DNA from: a virus
IMG/VR virus record: IMGVR_UViG_3300030012_002828
Location: 29,844-93,843 of that record
Length of the DNA stretch: 64,000 bases
Direction: 5' to 3' (one strand)
Made by a program: the position numbers and the translations under genes. Shown piece by piece: positions 40,180 through 49,838 of this stretch. Position 1 is the stretch's first letter; every line of letters begins with the position of its first letter. The notes beneath the pieces are model-generated. The model saw only the letters and a list, made by a program, of their open reading frames with translations. It was not told the DNA's origin and searched no databases.

Positions 40180-41427
40180 TCACCAATAATTCAAATCATC
40201 GTCTGTTGTTTCTGTAACTTCATTAGGCGCACCAAGAGCAACTCTCGGAAGAATACCATAAATGTTTAAAGAAACTGGGTTGTATTCATCATCAAGATAA
40301 TTACCATCCTCATCTCTCTTTTGTGTTTGGTTTGTTCTACCAATTACAATTACATCACTACCTACGCCAAAATCAATATCTACATTAGAAGGAATCCAAC
40401 ATGGTGTTGAATCAGGAATATCTGCTTCTTCAAAACCATAACTTGCATCAGCAGGTTCAATCCACAATACTCTATTTCCTGTCTTTTCATTAACAGTCAA
40501 ATTCATACTGCTAACAATTCCATCAGTAATACATAGTTTCATTCCCGGATTTGACATAATTGTTGAATGATAATCTTCAATTTCTAACAAATCAGCAATA
40601 TAATCACCCATACATTCTACAAGTAAATCTTCCATAGAAGGCAGATTACCAACATATAAATCATCATCTTCATCTAAATTAGCATTATATTGTAGAGAAG
40701 CAAGTGTTCTTCCCTTAATACCATAACAAGCGTTTCTATCATCATTAAAGATAGCATTAAGATGTAGCCATTCAAAGTTCTTTACATCCCATTCTTTAGC
40801 GGCAATATTCTTCAAACCAAAAGTCCAATATTGGAAATCGCCACCATCTTTCTTAGCAATCAAATGTACTCTTCTTCTAAATTCTTCAGCAGGTAGAGGC
40901 TTACCATATCGAGGATTAGAATCTCCACTCATAAATGCTTTAATATTATCAATAGGTACAATCCACTTATTCTCATCTACTTCAATAGCAGAATTTGGTA
41001 ATTGAGGAATTGTCTTTGTTTGAACATCACCATCAACAATTTGACTCTTTTCATAACCCGCATCAGTTAATACTACTTCAGCACATCTTTCTTCATTAAA
41101 TACAGTATTAGAATTACTGTTATAATCACTTAGCAATTTCTTTCTACTCCATTCTTGTACATCTCTTGCAGGTTCACTACCAACAACAAAGCCAAAAGCA
41201 TCATTACCATATCCACCTTTCTTTGATGATGTATTTCCTTTCAAAGAACCTCTTACAAAGTTTCTTGTTAGAGTTAGTGCAACCATAGCCTGTCGCTCAT
41301 TCTCTAAATCAAGGTTATTACTTTCAGCAATTTCATTATACTTTGCTAACATTTCTTCATCAGTCTTACCTAATTTGGTAGCCAACCCGTTCAATTCTTT
41401 TTCTATTCTTTCGTTCATTTTTTTCAC
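40180..41427 (-). CDS. Putative RPA-like ssDNA-binding protein (OB folds)
   Basis: OB-like C-terminus 'DFGVGSDVIVIGRT..SLNIYGI'; acidic-aromatic tail DDDLNYW; position in the replication block. Confidence 0.6.
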   Translation of the reverse strand: MKKMNERIEKELNGLATKLGKTDEEMLAKYNEIAESNNLDLENERQAMVALTLTRNFVRGSLKGNTSSKKGGYGNDAFGFVVGSEPARDVQEWSRKKLLSDYNSNSNTVFNEERCAEVVLTDAGYEKSQIVDGDVQTKTIPQLPNSAIEVDENKWIVPIDNIKAFMSGDSNPRYGKPLPAEEFRRRVHLIAKKDGGDFQYWTFGLKNIAAKEWDVKNFEWLHLNAIFNDDRNACYGIKGRTLASLQYNANLDEDDDLYVGNLPSMEDLLVECMGDYIADLLEIEDYHSTIMSNPGMKLCITDGIVSSMNLTVNEKTGNRVLWIEPADASYGFEEADIPDSTPCWIPSNVDIDFGVGSDVIVIGRTNQTQKRDEDGNYLDDEYNPVSLNIYGILPRVALGAPNEVTETTDDDLNYW

Positions 41428-41445
41428 TTCCTGTTTTCTTTTTTT

Positions 41446-42366
41446 TCAATTGTCAATGAATTGTGCCACAAACCATGACACAATAATTTTAGGAGTCATT
41501 GACTTACTTCTCCATTCCATTTCTCCAATATGACTTAAGCACTTAAACATAGCGGCTCTATCATATTCTTTCTTTTCTAATACACAATGATGCAGATTAT
41601 TACAAATTTCTTTTACAGAACGACCACTTACTAATTCTTTCATTAGTATCTCGTTTGCTTCAAATATTTGTTTAGCCGCAAGCATATCCAAAATCTTTTC
41701 ATAATTTATCATAAACTGTTTAGTTTTTTCTTTTAACCCATTACCACTAAATGCTGATGCTTGTAATTCATTTATTGCTCTACGCATATCACCATTAATA
41801 GCATTACAATAATATAACACTTCATCATAGGTAAAGACAGTATTTTCTTTAGTTGCTATTTCCATTAATGTTTTTGCCATTACTTCAGGTTGTAATCCTT
41901 CAAACCAATAATTAGCACATCTACTACGAATAGCATAATCAACATCGGAAATAGTATTACAAGTAATAATAAACCTAACATTGGTTGCTCTTTCCATTGT
42001 TCTTTTCAAAGCCCTTTGGGAATCTTTTGTCATACCATCTATTTCATCTAATAAACAAATTTTAAACGGTACATCATCTGTTCCTTTTGTATTAGCAAAA
42101 TTAGTAATGGTAGTTCTAATTGTTTCTAATCTTCTATCTTGACTTGCATTAATTTCTAAATAGTTTAGGGCTTTTGATTCACCTAAGAATTCATTACCTA
42201 AACAATGTCCTGCTGTTGTTTTACCATTTCCGGGATTTCCATAGATTAATACATTAGGCATATTATTTTTATCTATCCAAGATAGTGCATCTTCTACAAA
42301 TTTATTCTGCCCTACTATATCACTTACTCTTTTTGGTCTGTATTTTTCTGTCCAATTCATTATCAA
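41446..42366 (-). CDS. rfcS: Replication factor C small subunit (clamp loader)
   Basis: WTEKYRP, GNPGNGKTT, EINAS, LDEID, SRC, GDMRRAIN. Confidence 0.95.
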   Translation of the reverse strand: MIMNWTEKYRPKRVSDIVGQNKFVEDALSWIDKNNMPNVLIYGNPGNGKTTAGHCLGNEFLGESKALNYLEINASQDRRLETIRTTITNFANTKGTDDVPFKICLLDEIDGMTKDSQRALKRTMERATNVRFIITCNTISDVDYAIRSRCANYWFEGLQPEVMAKTLMEIATKENTVFTYDEVLYYCNAINGDMRRAINELQASAFSGNGLKEKTKQFMINYEKILDMLAAKQIFEANEILMKELVSGRSVKEICNNLHHCVLEKKEYDRAAMFKCLSHIGEMEWRSKSMTPKIIVSWFVAQFIDN

Positions 42367-42393
42367 TCACTTTTCCTTTGTCACAATATAAAA

Positions 42394-42522
42394 TCATAAT
42401 AAAACTAATCCTATCATAATTACAGTTAGAATATTAACAATTGTGACAATAACTAATATTCTGTTTCCTCTCTCAATGTTATCATTGAGTTTATTCAATA
42501 ACTGATTCGTTTTCTCCATCAT
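42394..42522 (-). CDS. 42-aa membrane protein
   Basis: MMEKTNQLL...ILVIVTIVNILTVIMIGLVLL*; GGTGA SD. Confidence 0.5.
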   Translation of the reverse strand: MMEKTNQLLNKLNDNIERGNRILVIVTIVNILTVIMIGLVLL

Positions 42523-42697
42523 CTGTATTCACCTTATATTCGACTCCATACATATAATCAGTACGCTTCGTTGGTTTTCCTAAAACCCACATTCTTGTAT
42601 GAATAGATTTAATCACACAATTATTGCAGACTTTATATTTACCACAATGCATCCCAATTGATTCAGCATTTTTTCTTCCACACATTTCACATTCCAT
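42491..42697 (-). CDS. Small Zn-finger protein
   Basis: CEMC...CNNC. Confidence 0.55.
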   Translation of the reverse strand: MECEMCGRKNAESIGMHCGKYKVCNNCVIKSIHTRMWVLGKPTKRTDYMYGVEYKVNTDDGENESVIE

Positions 42698-42808
42698 ATT
42701 TTTCCCTCATCTTTTTTACTTCACAAGGATAAACCCAATATGTTGTCATGCCGGATAATCCTCTTTCTGTATATCTTATACAATCTTCACTTCCACATTT
42801 CTTACATT

Positions 42809-43171
42809 TCATTCTTCTTCATCTCCATTACATTCTATACAATTTTTATGATTTTTAAAACCTGAACCATCACAGGTATTACATATTTCTTTTTTACGAT
42901 AAATCGTACTGTGTTTATTCGTTGCCTTTTTAACTAAAACATAATTAGGGTTATTACTAATATAAGAAGATATTTTTCCTTTTGTGGGTACAAAAGTATA
43001 AGTAATCTTTCTTTCTGAATTATCTATATAATTAAGAATAGCATCTAATATTAGACTTGCTGTTCTTTCTTGTCCATCATTCATGGCTCTATCAATAAAT
43101 CTTTCTGCATAAGTTTTATTCCTTTTACGCTTAACTCCCCTAATCCAATTTCTTCTGACCACTATAAACAC
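42809..43171 (-). CDS. Hypothetical protein with C-terminal DnaJ-like CxxCxGxG Zn motif
   Basis: CNTCDGSG..CIECNG. Confidence 0.55.
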   Translation of the reverse strand: MFIVVRRNWIRGVKRKRNKTYAERFIDRAMNDGQERTASLILDAILNYIDNSERKITYTFVPTKGKISSYISNNPNYVLVKKATNKHSTIYRKKEICNTCDGSGFKNHKNCIECNGDEEE

Positions 43172-43301
43172 CTTTCTGCTTCTTCGGGTGTCATGTTTGC
43201 TTCATAACATAATCTTAATTTTTTTGGTGAGATTTTGCGTATTAATTTGATTTTTATTTTACCTAACCATTTAGTATATGCTACACCCTGAGATTTTTTC
43301 A

Positions 43302-44129
43302 CTACCAATCACCTAACTTTGTATTTACAACTCTTATAGATTTCTTTCTTGGTTTAGTTAAACCTAATATTTTACATTCGTCTTTATCTAACTTTGATAT
43401 TGCCCACTCTTTATATTTGTCATCTTGTAACAATGACTTAACTAAATAGGCATCTTTAGTTTTGAGACCTAACTTATTACATATCTTAGGAACAGGAGAA
43501 TAAGAATATCTTTTAGGAAATTCTATTCTACCGCCATGATTACCAGACCAAGAATAAGTTAGTATTTCATAAAAATAATCTGTATTCCAACGCCTCATGA
43601 TATTGTCAGCAAATGCAATATTTCTACAATCTATGTTTGGTTGAATCCAACTAATTAATTGTAAATCAGAAGGCTTGTTGTGTTTGATTAATTCTAATAC
43701 CTTTCTTCTGTCCTTATTTTTTAGATATTCAACATTTAAATCATAAATAGTCCTATCATAATTTTCAATAGATTCGCAGTTAGGTGCTATCTTTTTAATT
43801 TCTAACTGTCTGTTATCTACTCTACCCATTCTTTTTCTTGTACATAAATTCATAATGGCTTTTGGTACATCTCTTTCATTTAAAGATGTCAAAGCAACAT
43901 GGGGAAGTACATACAACATTTGTAATATTTTATCTTTCTCAGGTTTATAATGTACATCTTCGATTAATACACCATGATTTTTAGGGTAAGAATAAATATC
44001 ATCAATGGTAATATTATTTGCTTGTACTATAATATATGGTCTACAACCTAATTCTAATTTAGCCTTTCTTGTTTTTCCACTACCATTTGCGCCTACATAC
44101 AAATTAAACTTTTTTGTTTTTGTTTTCAT
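43302..44129 (-). CDS. Divergent RFC large-subunit-like AAA+ protein
   Basis: GANGSGKT, LIEDVH and C-terminal PIP-like NTKLGDW; near rfcS. Confidence 0.6.
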   Translation of the reverse strand: MKTKTKKFNLYVGANGSGKTRKAKLELGCRPYIIVQANNITIDDIYSYPKNHGVLIEDVHYKPEKDKILQMLYVLPHVALTSLNERDVPKAIMNLCTRKRMGRVDNRQLEIKKIAPNCESIENYDRTIYDLNVEYLKNKDRRKVLELIKHNKPSDLQLISWIQPNIDCRNIAFADNIMRRWNTDYFYEILTYSWSGNHGGRIEFPKRYSYSPVPKICNKLGLKTKDAYLVKSLLQDDKYKEWAISKLDKDECKILGLTKPRKKSIRVVNTKLGDW

Positions 44130-44517
44130 TATCTAACAACTCTCTCAATCTTTTCATTCCGTCTTCTTCTAAATGCAATTTATTTTTTATAATATCTATT
44201 ACTGTATCAAAAATTTCCCAATCAGCGTGTGAACAAGGGATATGTTTAGGCATAATACTTCTAAGTTTATTAATAGATTCTTGCTTACCTATAATTAATA
44301 CAGGGGCTTTTCTATTTACACCTTCCATTTCTCTAAGTATAGAACTTATTTCTAATTGTTCAAACTTTCTTTGTAATGCAATTAAGAATCCTCTTTTTGC
44401 TCTAAACATAACTCTTGTTCTTATTGTCCAACCGGTTTTACTTTTTGAACGGTAAGTAGTTATTTCTGGTCTTGCTATTGTAATCAATATACCTTGTAAT
44501 TGTTCATTATTAAACAT
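44104..44517 (-). CDS. LAGLIDADG-fold protein, probably catalytically degenerate
   Basis: C-terminal 'DWEIFDTVIDIIKNKLHLEEDGMKRL'; the N-terminal helix lacks the canonical DADG motif. Confidence 0.6.
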   Translation of the reverse strand: MFNNEQLQGILITIARPEITTYRSKSKTGWTIRTRVMFRAKRGFLIALQRKFEQLEISSILREMEGVNRKAPVLIIGKQESINKLRSIMPKHIPCSHADWEIFDTVIDIIKNKLHLEEDGMKRLRELLDNENKNKKV

Positions 44518-44578
44518 AATTATATCACCTTTTCATTAATACCTTATAATAATATCTGAAATTTATTATCAAATATTA

Positions 44579-44851
44579 TTATTCTTCCTGTGTATAATCG
44601 TCTAATTTAGTTTGATGCACATCTTTTAATTCATTAGGTAATGGGTTATTTAATTTATCAACGCAAGCCATAAATAAATGTTGAGGTAATACCCCTTCAA
44701 TTCTATAAACCATTAATTTTCCTACACATCTAAGGTGATAATATGAATCTTCACCATTAGGTAATTTTTGTACTAATCCTTCTTCTACTCCATTAAACTC
44801 TTGATGACAATAATGACAATATGTTCCTTCTTTTATTTTTCTTATATCCAT
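44579..44851 (-). CDS. Zn-finger (CxxC...HxxC) protein with PIP-like tail
   Basis: CHYC..YYHLRC; QTKLDDY. Confidence 0.6.
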   Translation of the reverse strand: MDIRKIKEGTYCHYCHQEFNGVEEGLVQKLPNGEDSYYHLRCVGKLMVYRIEGVLPQHLFMACVDKLNNPLPNELKDVHQTKLDDYTQEE

Positions 44852-44856
44852 TTAAT

Positions 44857-46353
44857 TCACTCCAATATTTCTTTTAATTGTGTCGGTTCTTCTTTATCAT
44901 CTCGGTATTTAACATATCTTGGAAATCTTAAACCGTATTCTCCTGATTCATTTTTAGTAAGCATATCGCCTTTTACTTCGATAATTAAATTCCCCGCACC
45001 TAATCGGTTATACTCTTGGGTTAAAAATGTTAGGTCAGAATCTGTAAATCCACTACCTACTTTTCCAACAGAAACTAAATTATCTCCATCTTTAATAGAA
45101 ATATCATAAGCACCATAAACACCTGCTCTTTTTCCTGTTCCCATTGTAGCACCTGTAATAATAGCATCTACTTCAACCATAGGAGGTTTATATTTTAACC
45201 ATCCTTTACTTCTTGCGCCAAATTCATAAATCATATTAGGGTCTTTTACAATTACTCCTTCAAAACCTGCCTCAATAGCATCACTATAAACTTCTAACAT
45301 TTCTTCTTGAGAAGTAATTTCTATCATTTTAGCAACTAAACTATTACCAAAATGCATTTTCAAAGTTTCCCAACGAGTATCTAAATTATCTTCAAAAACA
45401 GGTTGTCCACCATACATTAAACAATCAAACAATCTAATAGTTACAGAATTACGATAAATTACTTCATCGGTTTTACCATGAATACGACTCATGATATTCT
45501 TAAATTCAGCAGGATTGCCTTCATCATCAACAGGATATATCTCACCATCAACAATCCAATCAACAGGGTCTGAATTTTCTACTATAATTGGGATTAAATC
45601 ATTAGCAAACTTAGAAGTAATATCGTCACCTTTCCTATTAAAAATTGTAATGCCATTTTCACTATTATGTATTTGTGCTCTAATACCATCGTATTTATAA
45701 TCACAGAATCTACGATTTCTTACTACAAAATCTCCACCCTTTGCTAACATTGGTTTCATATAATTACCTGCTTCGGGAACATATACTAAAGCACCATTAT
45801 TAACTGCTTGAGAAATTACATCATCAATAGGCAAGAAACTTACTGCTTTCTTTATATCGTCAGCAGGAATACCATATGTCTTTTGTAAAATCTTTTTAAC
45901 AACATTGTTACCGCATTTATTTCTTGTTTGATTTAGAAGAAAGGCCGCAAGCCATTTCTTACCCATAGCATTTACATTATCAAAACAATCCATTATTTCA
46001 GTAAATACGGTTTCCATATCATTTCCATGTAAAGCAGTATAAACATCTACTACTGTAATATCTCTATTTCCATCAGCCTCATCAAATAAAGTTTCTATTG
46101 CTTCACCTACTCCACCATGTATTTCTACTAAAGTTTCAATTGTATCAACATCTACTCCATATCTTTTTGCTACTCTTGATATAAGACCTGATTCACCTGC
46201 ACCACTATTAGGATAATTTCTCGCCCATAGGTTTAATATTTCTTCAGTATTATCCATTGGGTTTTCATCAAAATACTTTACCATTTGTGTAGGTGTCATA
46301 TTGATAAATCGTTCATTTATTTCTGCAAATTCGTTCCACATCATTTTCTTCAC
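44857..46353 (-). CDS. lig: ATP-dependent DNA ligase
   Basis: KPMLA, KYDGIRAQIH, DGEI, EGVIVK, WLKYK, LRFPR..RDDK. Confidence 0.96.
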   Translation of the reverse strand: MKKMMWNEFAEINERFINMTPTQMVKYFDENPMDNTEEILNLWARNYPNSGAGESGLISRVAKRYGVDVDTIETLVEIHGGVGEAIETLFDEADGNRDITVVDVYTALHGNDMETVFTEIMDCFDNVNAMGKKWLAAFLLNQTRNKCGNNVVKKILQKTYGIPADDIKKAVSFLPIDDVISQAVNNGALVYVPEAGNYMKPMLAKGGDFVVRNRRFCDYKYDGIRAQIHNSENGITIFNRKGDDITSKFANDLIPIIVENSDPVDWIVDGEIYPVDDEGNPAEFKNIMSRIHGKTDEVIYRNSVTIRLFDCLMYGGQPVFEDNLDTRWETLKMHFGNSLVAKMIEITSQEEMLEVYSDAIEAGFEGVIVKDPNMIYEFGARSKGWLKYKPPMVEVDAIITGATMGTGKRAGVYGAYDISIKDGDNLVSVGKVGSGFTDSDLTFLTQEYNRLGAGNLIIEVKGDMLTKNESGEYGLRFPRYVKYRDDKEEPTQLKEILE

Positions 46354-46426
46354 TCTCCTATAAATTCACCGATAAACGGCATAGTTCTGTATTCATTTAT
46401 TATTTTCATAAAATATATTTCAAACA

Positions 46427-46606
46427 TTATTCTTCACTCTCCCTTAATTCTAACATTTCTTTGTATTCATCTTCATACTTGTATGGTTTTTCTAACGCAT
46501 AAAGTAAATCTTCTACACTTACACCTTTTACATCATGTAAAAATCTACATAGTGCTACGATATTATTATGGTCTGCATACCATTCCCAATACTTTTTATC
46601 TTCCAT
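46427..46606 (-). CDS. Hypothetical protein
   Basis: Likely start MEDKKY; track start 46651. Confidence 0.5.
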   Translation of the reverse strand: MEDKKYWEWYADHNNIVALCRFLHDVKGVSVEDLLYALEKPYKYEDEYKEMLELRESEE

Positions 46607-46607
46607 T

Positions 46608-46895
46608 TTATTCATTTTCTTCATCTCCTTCATCTGTATTCCATTCACCAAATTCTAATTCTTCTTCTCTTCTTTCAACAATTCTATCATTAAAATTAAC
46701 TGATGCTAACTTTACATGATTTACTGTTAATCTTGTTTTTGTCATATCTCCACCTGCTTCTAAATTACATAGTTCAGCAAACTGTTCCAAAATCTTTTCG
46801 GCTCTTGTTTGATATTCTATAATTGCAGGTAAAGGCAATTGTCTATCCGGTGCTATTTTCTCAAATATTCTTTTTATTTCTCTTACGCTAACCAT
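46608..46895 (-). CDS. Histone-fold protein
   Basis: alpha1 'VREIKRIFEK', L1 'RQL', long alpha2, L2/alpha3 'KTRLTVNHVKLA', then an acidic tail. Confidence 0.65.
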   Translation of the reverse strand: MVSVREIKRIFEKIAPDRQLPLPAIIEYQTRAEKILEQFAELCNLEAGGDMTKTRLTVNHVKLASVNFNDRIVERREEELEFGEWNTDEGDEENE

Positions 46896-47305
46896 TTATC
46901 TACACTCTCCTTGTTGTAAAAATATTTTGGATTTTCTACTTTTTTAAGATTCAGCGCAATCCATACTGAACCACTTAGAGAATCAACTCTAATTATTTCA
47001 TAATCTTCAGAAACACAATAAGTTTCTACCGATGGTGTTTTTCCATATAGTCTTTGAATTTCACTTGCAATAATTGGTAAATTATCAACAATATATTTTA
47101 TTATCAAAGGTTGTTGGATTTCTACATACGGTGCTGAAGATAATTCATATTCCCCTGTTTGATTACAAACATTACATTCTGCCCCATTACATATAGGACA
47201 TTCAATAATTAAATTTGTTAATACGGGAAACCTTACTCTTCGGACTCTTCTAAACTCATTAGATTTGTCTTGCTTAGGAATTCCTTTCCATTGTTTTTCC
47301 ACCAT
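46883..47305 (-). CDS. Hypothetical protein with CPICNG..CNVC Zn motif
   Basis: Start MVEKQW (47305) with GGAG SD; overlaps the JAB gene by about 73 nt. Confidence 0.6.
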   Translation of the reverse strand: MVEKQWKGIPKQDKSNEFRRVRRVRFPVLTNLIIECPICNGAECNVCNQTGEYELSSAPYVEIQQPLIIKYIVDNLPIIASEIQRLYGKTPSVETYCVSEDYEIIRVDSLSGSVWIALNLKKVENPKYFYNKESVDKWLA

Positions 47306-47700
47306 TTCATTCTCTCCATTTTTCCAAGAACAATTGCTGATTCCAATATAGGGGCTTGTATATTTATTGTATTCCAATCAGTATTACTAAAATATGCAGT
47401 TCCAAATGGATGAGTATGAATCCAACATCTAAGCGGTATTTTCATTCCTTTTACACTTTCATCTTTATAGTCTACAAAACTTGAAGTTCCCTTACTAATA
47501 AACAGTTTGTTATCTCTATCTACAATTACTGAAACTTCTTTACCATCAAGTAAATCTACTGATGCTTGCCATATTGATTCGTGAAAATCCTCATCATCAT
47601 AATTATTTTCATATGCAGCATTAATCAATTCCTTGCACAATTTCCATGTTTCTTTCTCTACTTCTATATTCATTTTATTCACCTTCTTCTTCATATTCAA
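47233..47700 (-). CDS. JAB/MPN+ metallo-isopeptidase
   Basis: E...WIHTHP.....FSNTD (JAMM motif HxH-x7-S-xx-D). Confidence 0.85.
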   Translation of the reverse strand: MNMKKKVNKMNIEVEKETWKLCKELINAAYENNYDDEDFHESIWQASVDLLDGKEVSVIVDRDNKLFISKGTSSFVDYKDESVKGMKIPLRCWIHTHPFGTAYFSNTDWNTINIQAPILESAIVLGKMERMKWWKNNGKEFLSKTNLMSLEESEE

Positions 47701-47884
47701 ATCCTAATTGTTCCTGTCTTTCTTTTCCACAGTCGAAAGGATTAGAGTGAATTTGACCACTAATCCTCGAATTTATTATTTTGATATTTGGCTCACCTTC
47801 TTTAATTAGTTTACCACATAATCTACATTTTGCATTTCCTGTTCCTACACTTAATATCCATTCTGTCATCATATACACATCCAT
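47675..47884 (-). CDS. Small PARP-type-like Zn-finger protein
   Basis: 'GNAKCRLCGKLIKEGE...H...C'. Confidence 0.55.
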   Translation of the reverse strand: MDVYMMTEWILSVGTGNAKCRLCGKLIKEGEPNIKIINSRISGQIHSNPFDCGKERQEQLGFEYEEEGE

Positions 47885-48402
47885 TTTGGTTTATCTCTTT
47901 TCTTATATTCACTTCTCCAACCTTTCCATTGTTTATCACCCATGTAAAAATTACGATAGGCTTGAAGACTATTTCCTTCTACTTTATATTTATCGGGCAT
48001 ACATTGAGGTGGTTCTTTAAAACCATTATCTTCTAATCTTGATGGTGGAGTTCTCAACATATTTCTCAATAATCTATCTGATTGATGTACTTTACCATAA
48101 CGATAAGTATATTCATCACATAATGCTTCAAATACTTTATACATAAAATTGTAATGTTGTACAGATTCTCTAACCCAAATTGTTGTAGGGTGATTTAAAT
48201 GAGCAATCTTGTAAACTTTTTGCTTATCTTTGGGTAATCCTACAAATACATATTTACCATCTACTTCATGATAATATTGGTCTACAACTCTATGTGTCGT
48301 AGATAGCATTTGTGCGTACTCTAAAATCATCTTAATACAATGTGCATTATTATGACTCTTAGCAATAGCAATAGGGCAGGTTTCTATATAAAAGAAATTC
48401 AT
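47869..48402 (-). CDS. Pyrimidine-dimer DNA glycosylase (DenV-related family)
   Basis: MNFF..KMILEYAQMLST, NHP.TIW, EYTYRYGKVH, PQCMPD, AYRNFY. Confidence 0.8.
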   Translation of the reverse strand: MNFFYIETCPIAIAKSHNNAHCIKMILEYAQMLSTTHRVVDQYYHEVDGKYVFVGLPKDKQKVYKIAHLNHPTTIWVRESVQHYNFMYKVFEALCDEYTYRYGKVHQSDRLLRNMLRTPPSRLEDNGFKEPPQCMPDKYKVEGNSLQAYRNFYMGDKQWKGWRSEYKKRDKPKWMCI

Positions 48403-48660
48403 TTATTCTTCCTCCATTTTAATTAACTCTTGTTTTGGTGTATCAGGGTATAATACCCTTCCAATACAATACAATACAATCATACCCATAATTCCTATAA
48501 ATAATGTTTTCATTCTTCTTCCACTCCTTTTTTATGATTTACATACAAATCAGAAACTACCTCAGCCCCTAAAAATACGGCTACTGCTTCTACAATATCA
48601 TTTGATTCTTCTAACATAGCAATTAACTGCTCTCTTGTGTAACTTGAATAATCCATTTAA

Positions 48661-49218
48661 TCACCCATTAATCTTAAAGTGTTTTTCTACATGGTCGCCT
48701 GTAAAATATCTTTGCATCCATTGAGCACCATAACCTGCAATTACAACTTGCATAAAATTAACACCTTCAGGTTTTCCTTCCCAAGTATCTCCTTGACAAC
48801 TAAAAGAACCATCTGGGCCACTTGTAAATACAGTATATAATTTTGGGTCTTCTAAATGTGAAATCATAGCAGCGTTTCTTGCTTGTGCTCTTAAATCTAA
48901 CCATTTAATATCTGAATTATACATTGTTCTTCTAATATCTAAATTATCAGCACAACATACAACTAAATCATATCCTTTTAATTGTTTAGCAGTTAGTACT
49001 GGATAAGGATTAGCATGAACATTATATCTTTCATCCATTACATCAACCTTTTTCTTTTCAATATCTTCTTTAGTAAAGTTTTGATATGTGATATTCTTTT
49101 CCTCAACTATGTCAGGGTCATATACAGTAATATCATATATTCCTACTTTATCTAATAGTGGTATTAAAAAACTTCCAATTCCACCTGCGCCTATTATCAA
49201 TACATTTCTATTTTTCAT
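48661..49218 (-). CDS. ThiF/MoeB/E1-like Ubl-activating enzyme
   Basis: IIGAGGIGS, DPDIVEEKNI.YQ, K.K, CCADN..R and a candidate catalytic Cys in 'SCQ'. Confidence 0.9.
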   Translation of the reverse strand: MKNRNVLIIGAGGIGSFLIPLLDKVGIYDITVYDPDIVEEKNITYQNFTKEDIEKKKVDVMDERYNVHANPYPVLTAKQLKGYDLVVCCADNLDIRRTMYNSDIKWLDLRAQARNAAMISHLEDPKLYTVFTSGPDGSFSCQGDTWEGKPEGVNFMQVVIAGYGAQWMQRYFTGDHVEKHFKING

Positions 49219-49838
49219 TTTCTCACTTTCCTTAAGTTTCTTTTTAATCTTGGCAAACTAACTCCAAATTTTTCACACACTTCTTTTTGAGTATATGGTG
49301 TGTGTTCATATACATATGCCGCAACAATTCCCCTTGTCAAAGTTTGCTGCTCATTCCACGCTTTACACGCATTATTAATTTCTTTATTACTGATTTCCAT
49401 ATTATCCAAAAACTTGTCAATATCATTTAAACCAAACACTCCACTATTTGAGTAATGTCTTGCAATTCTTTTTGCAAGTCTACTTACTCTACTTGTTTTG
49501 CATCCCAAAAATTTACAATAATCTATCATTAAAGATGGTTTATTTAAATCCCTCATAGTATAGTATAAGATAGCACAAGCCCTCTCCGCTAAATCATAAG
49601 TATGATATAAATTAGTATATGAAATATATTTATCGTTTTTAATAACTTCATCTTTATCTTCAATATCAAACTCATTCATAAGCATCATTAAGTCTGTGCT
49701 AAATGTTTTTTTGTTCTTAGGTATGTCGCTTACTTCATATATTCTATATGCTTGAATACATCCACAAACTAAACAAACGGGAAGATTAATCTCTTTGTTT
49801 AAGTTCAGGTGCTTCGCTTGACAATTTACACATGGCAT
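49215..49838 (-). CDS. tfb: TFIIB/TFB-like transcription factor
   Basis: Zn ribbon CVNC..CLVCG and two cyclin repeats 'ACAILY..' and 'GIVAAYVY..TQKEVCEKFGVS'. Confidence 0.8.
   Translation of the reverse strand: MPCVNCQAKHLNLNKEINLPVCLVCGCIQAYRIYEVSDIPKNKKTFSTDLMMLMNEFDIEDKDEVIKNDKYISYTNLYHTYDLAERACAILYYTMRDLNKPSLMIDYCKFLGCKTSRVSRLAKRIARHYSNSGVFGLNDIDKFLDNMEISNKEINNACKAWNEQQTLTRGIVAAYVYEHTPYTQKEVCEKFGVSLPRLKRNLRKVRK

Noticed and set aside
48661-49218. ThiF as a thiamine or molybdopterin auxiliary metabolic gene
   Set aside because: No thiG, moaE or sulfurtransferase genes in the window; JAB, a blocked Ubl and an E2-like motif fit conjugation better, though a sulfur-carrier role is not formally excluded.
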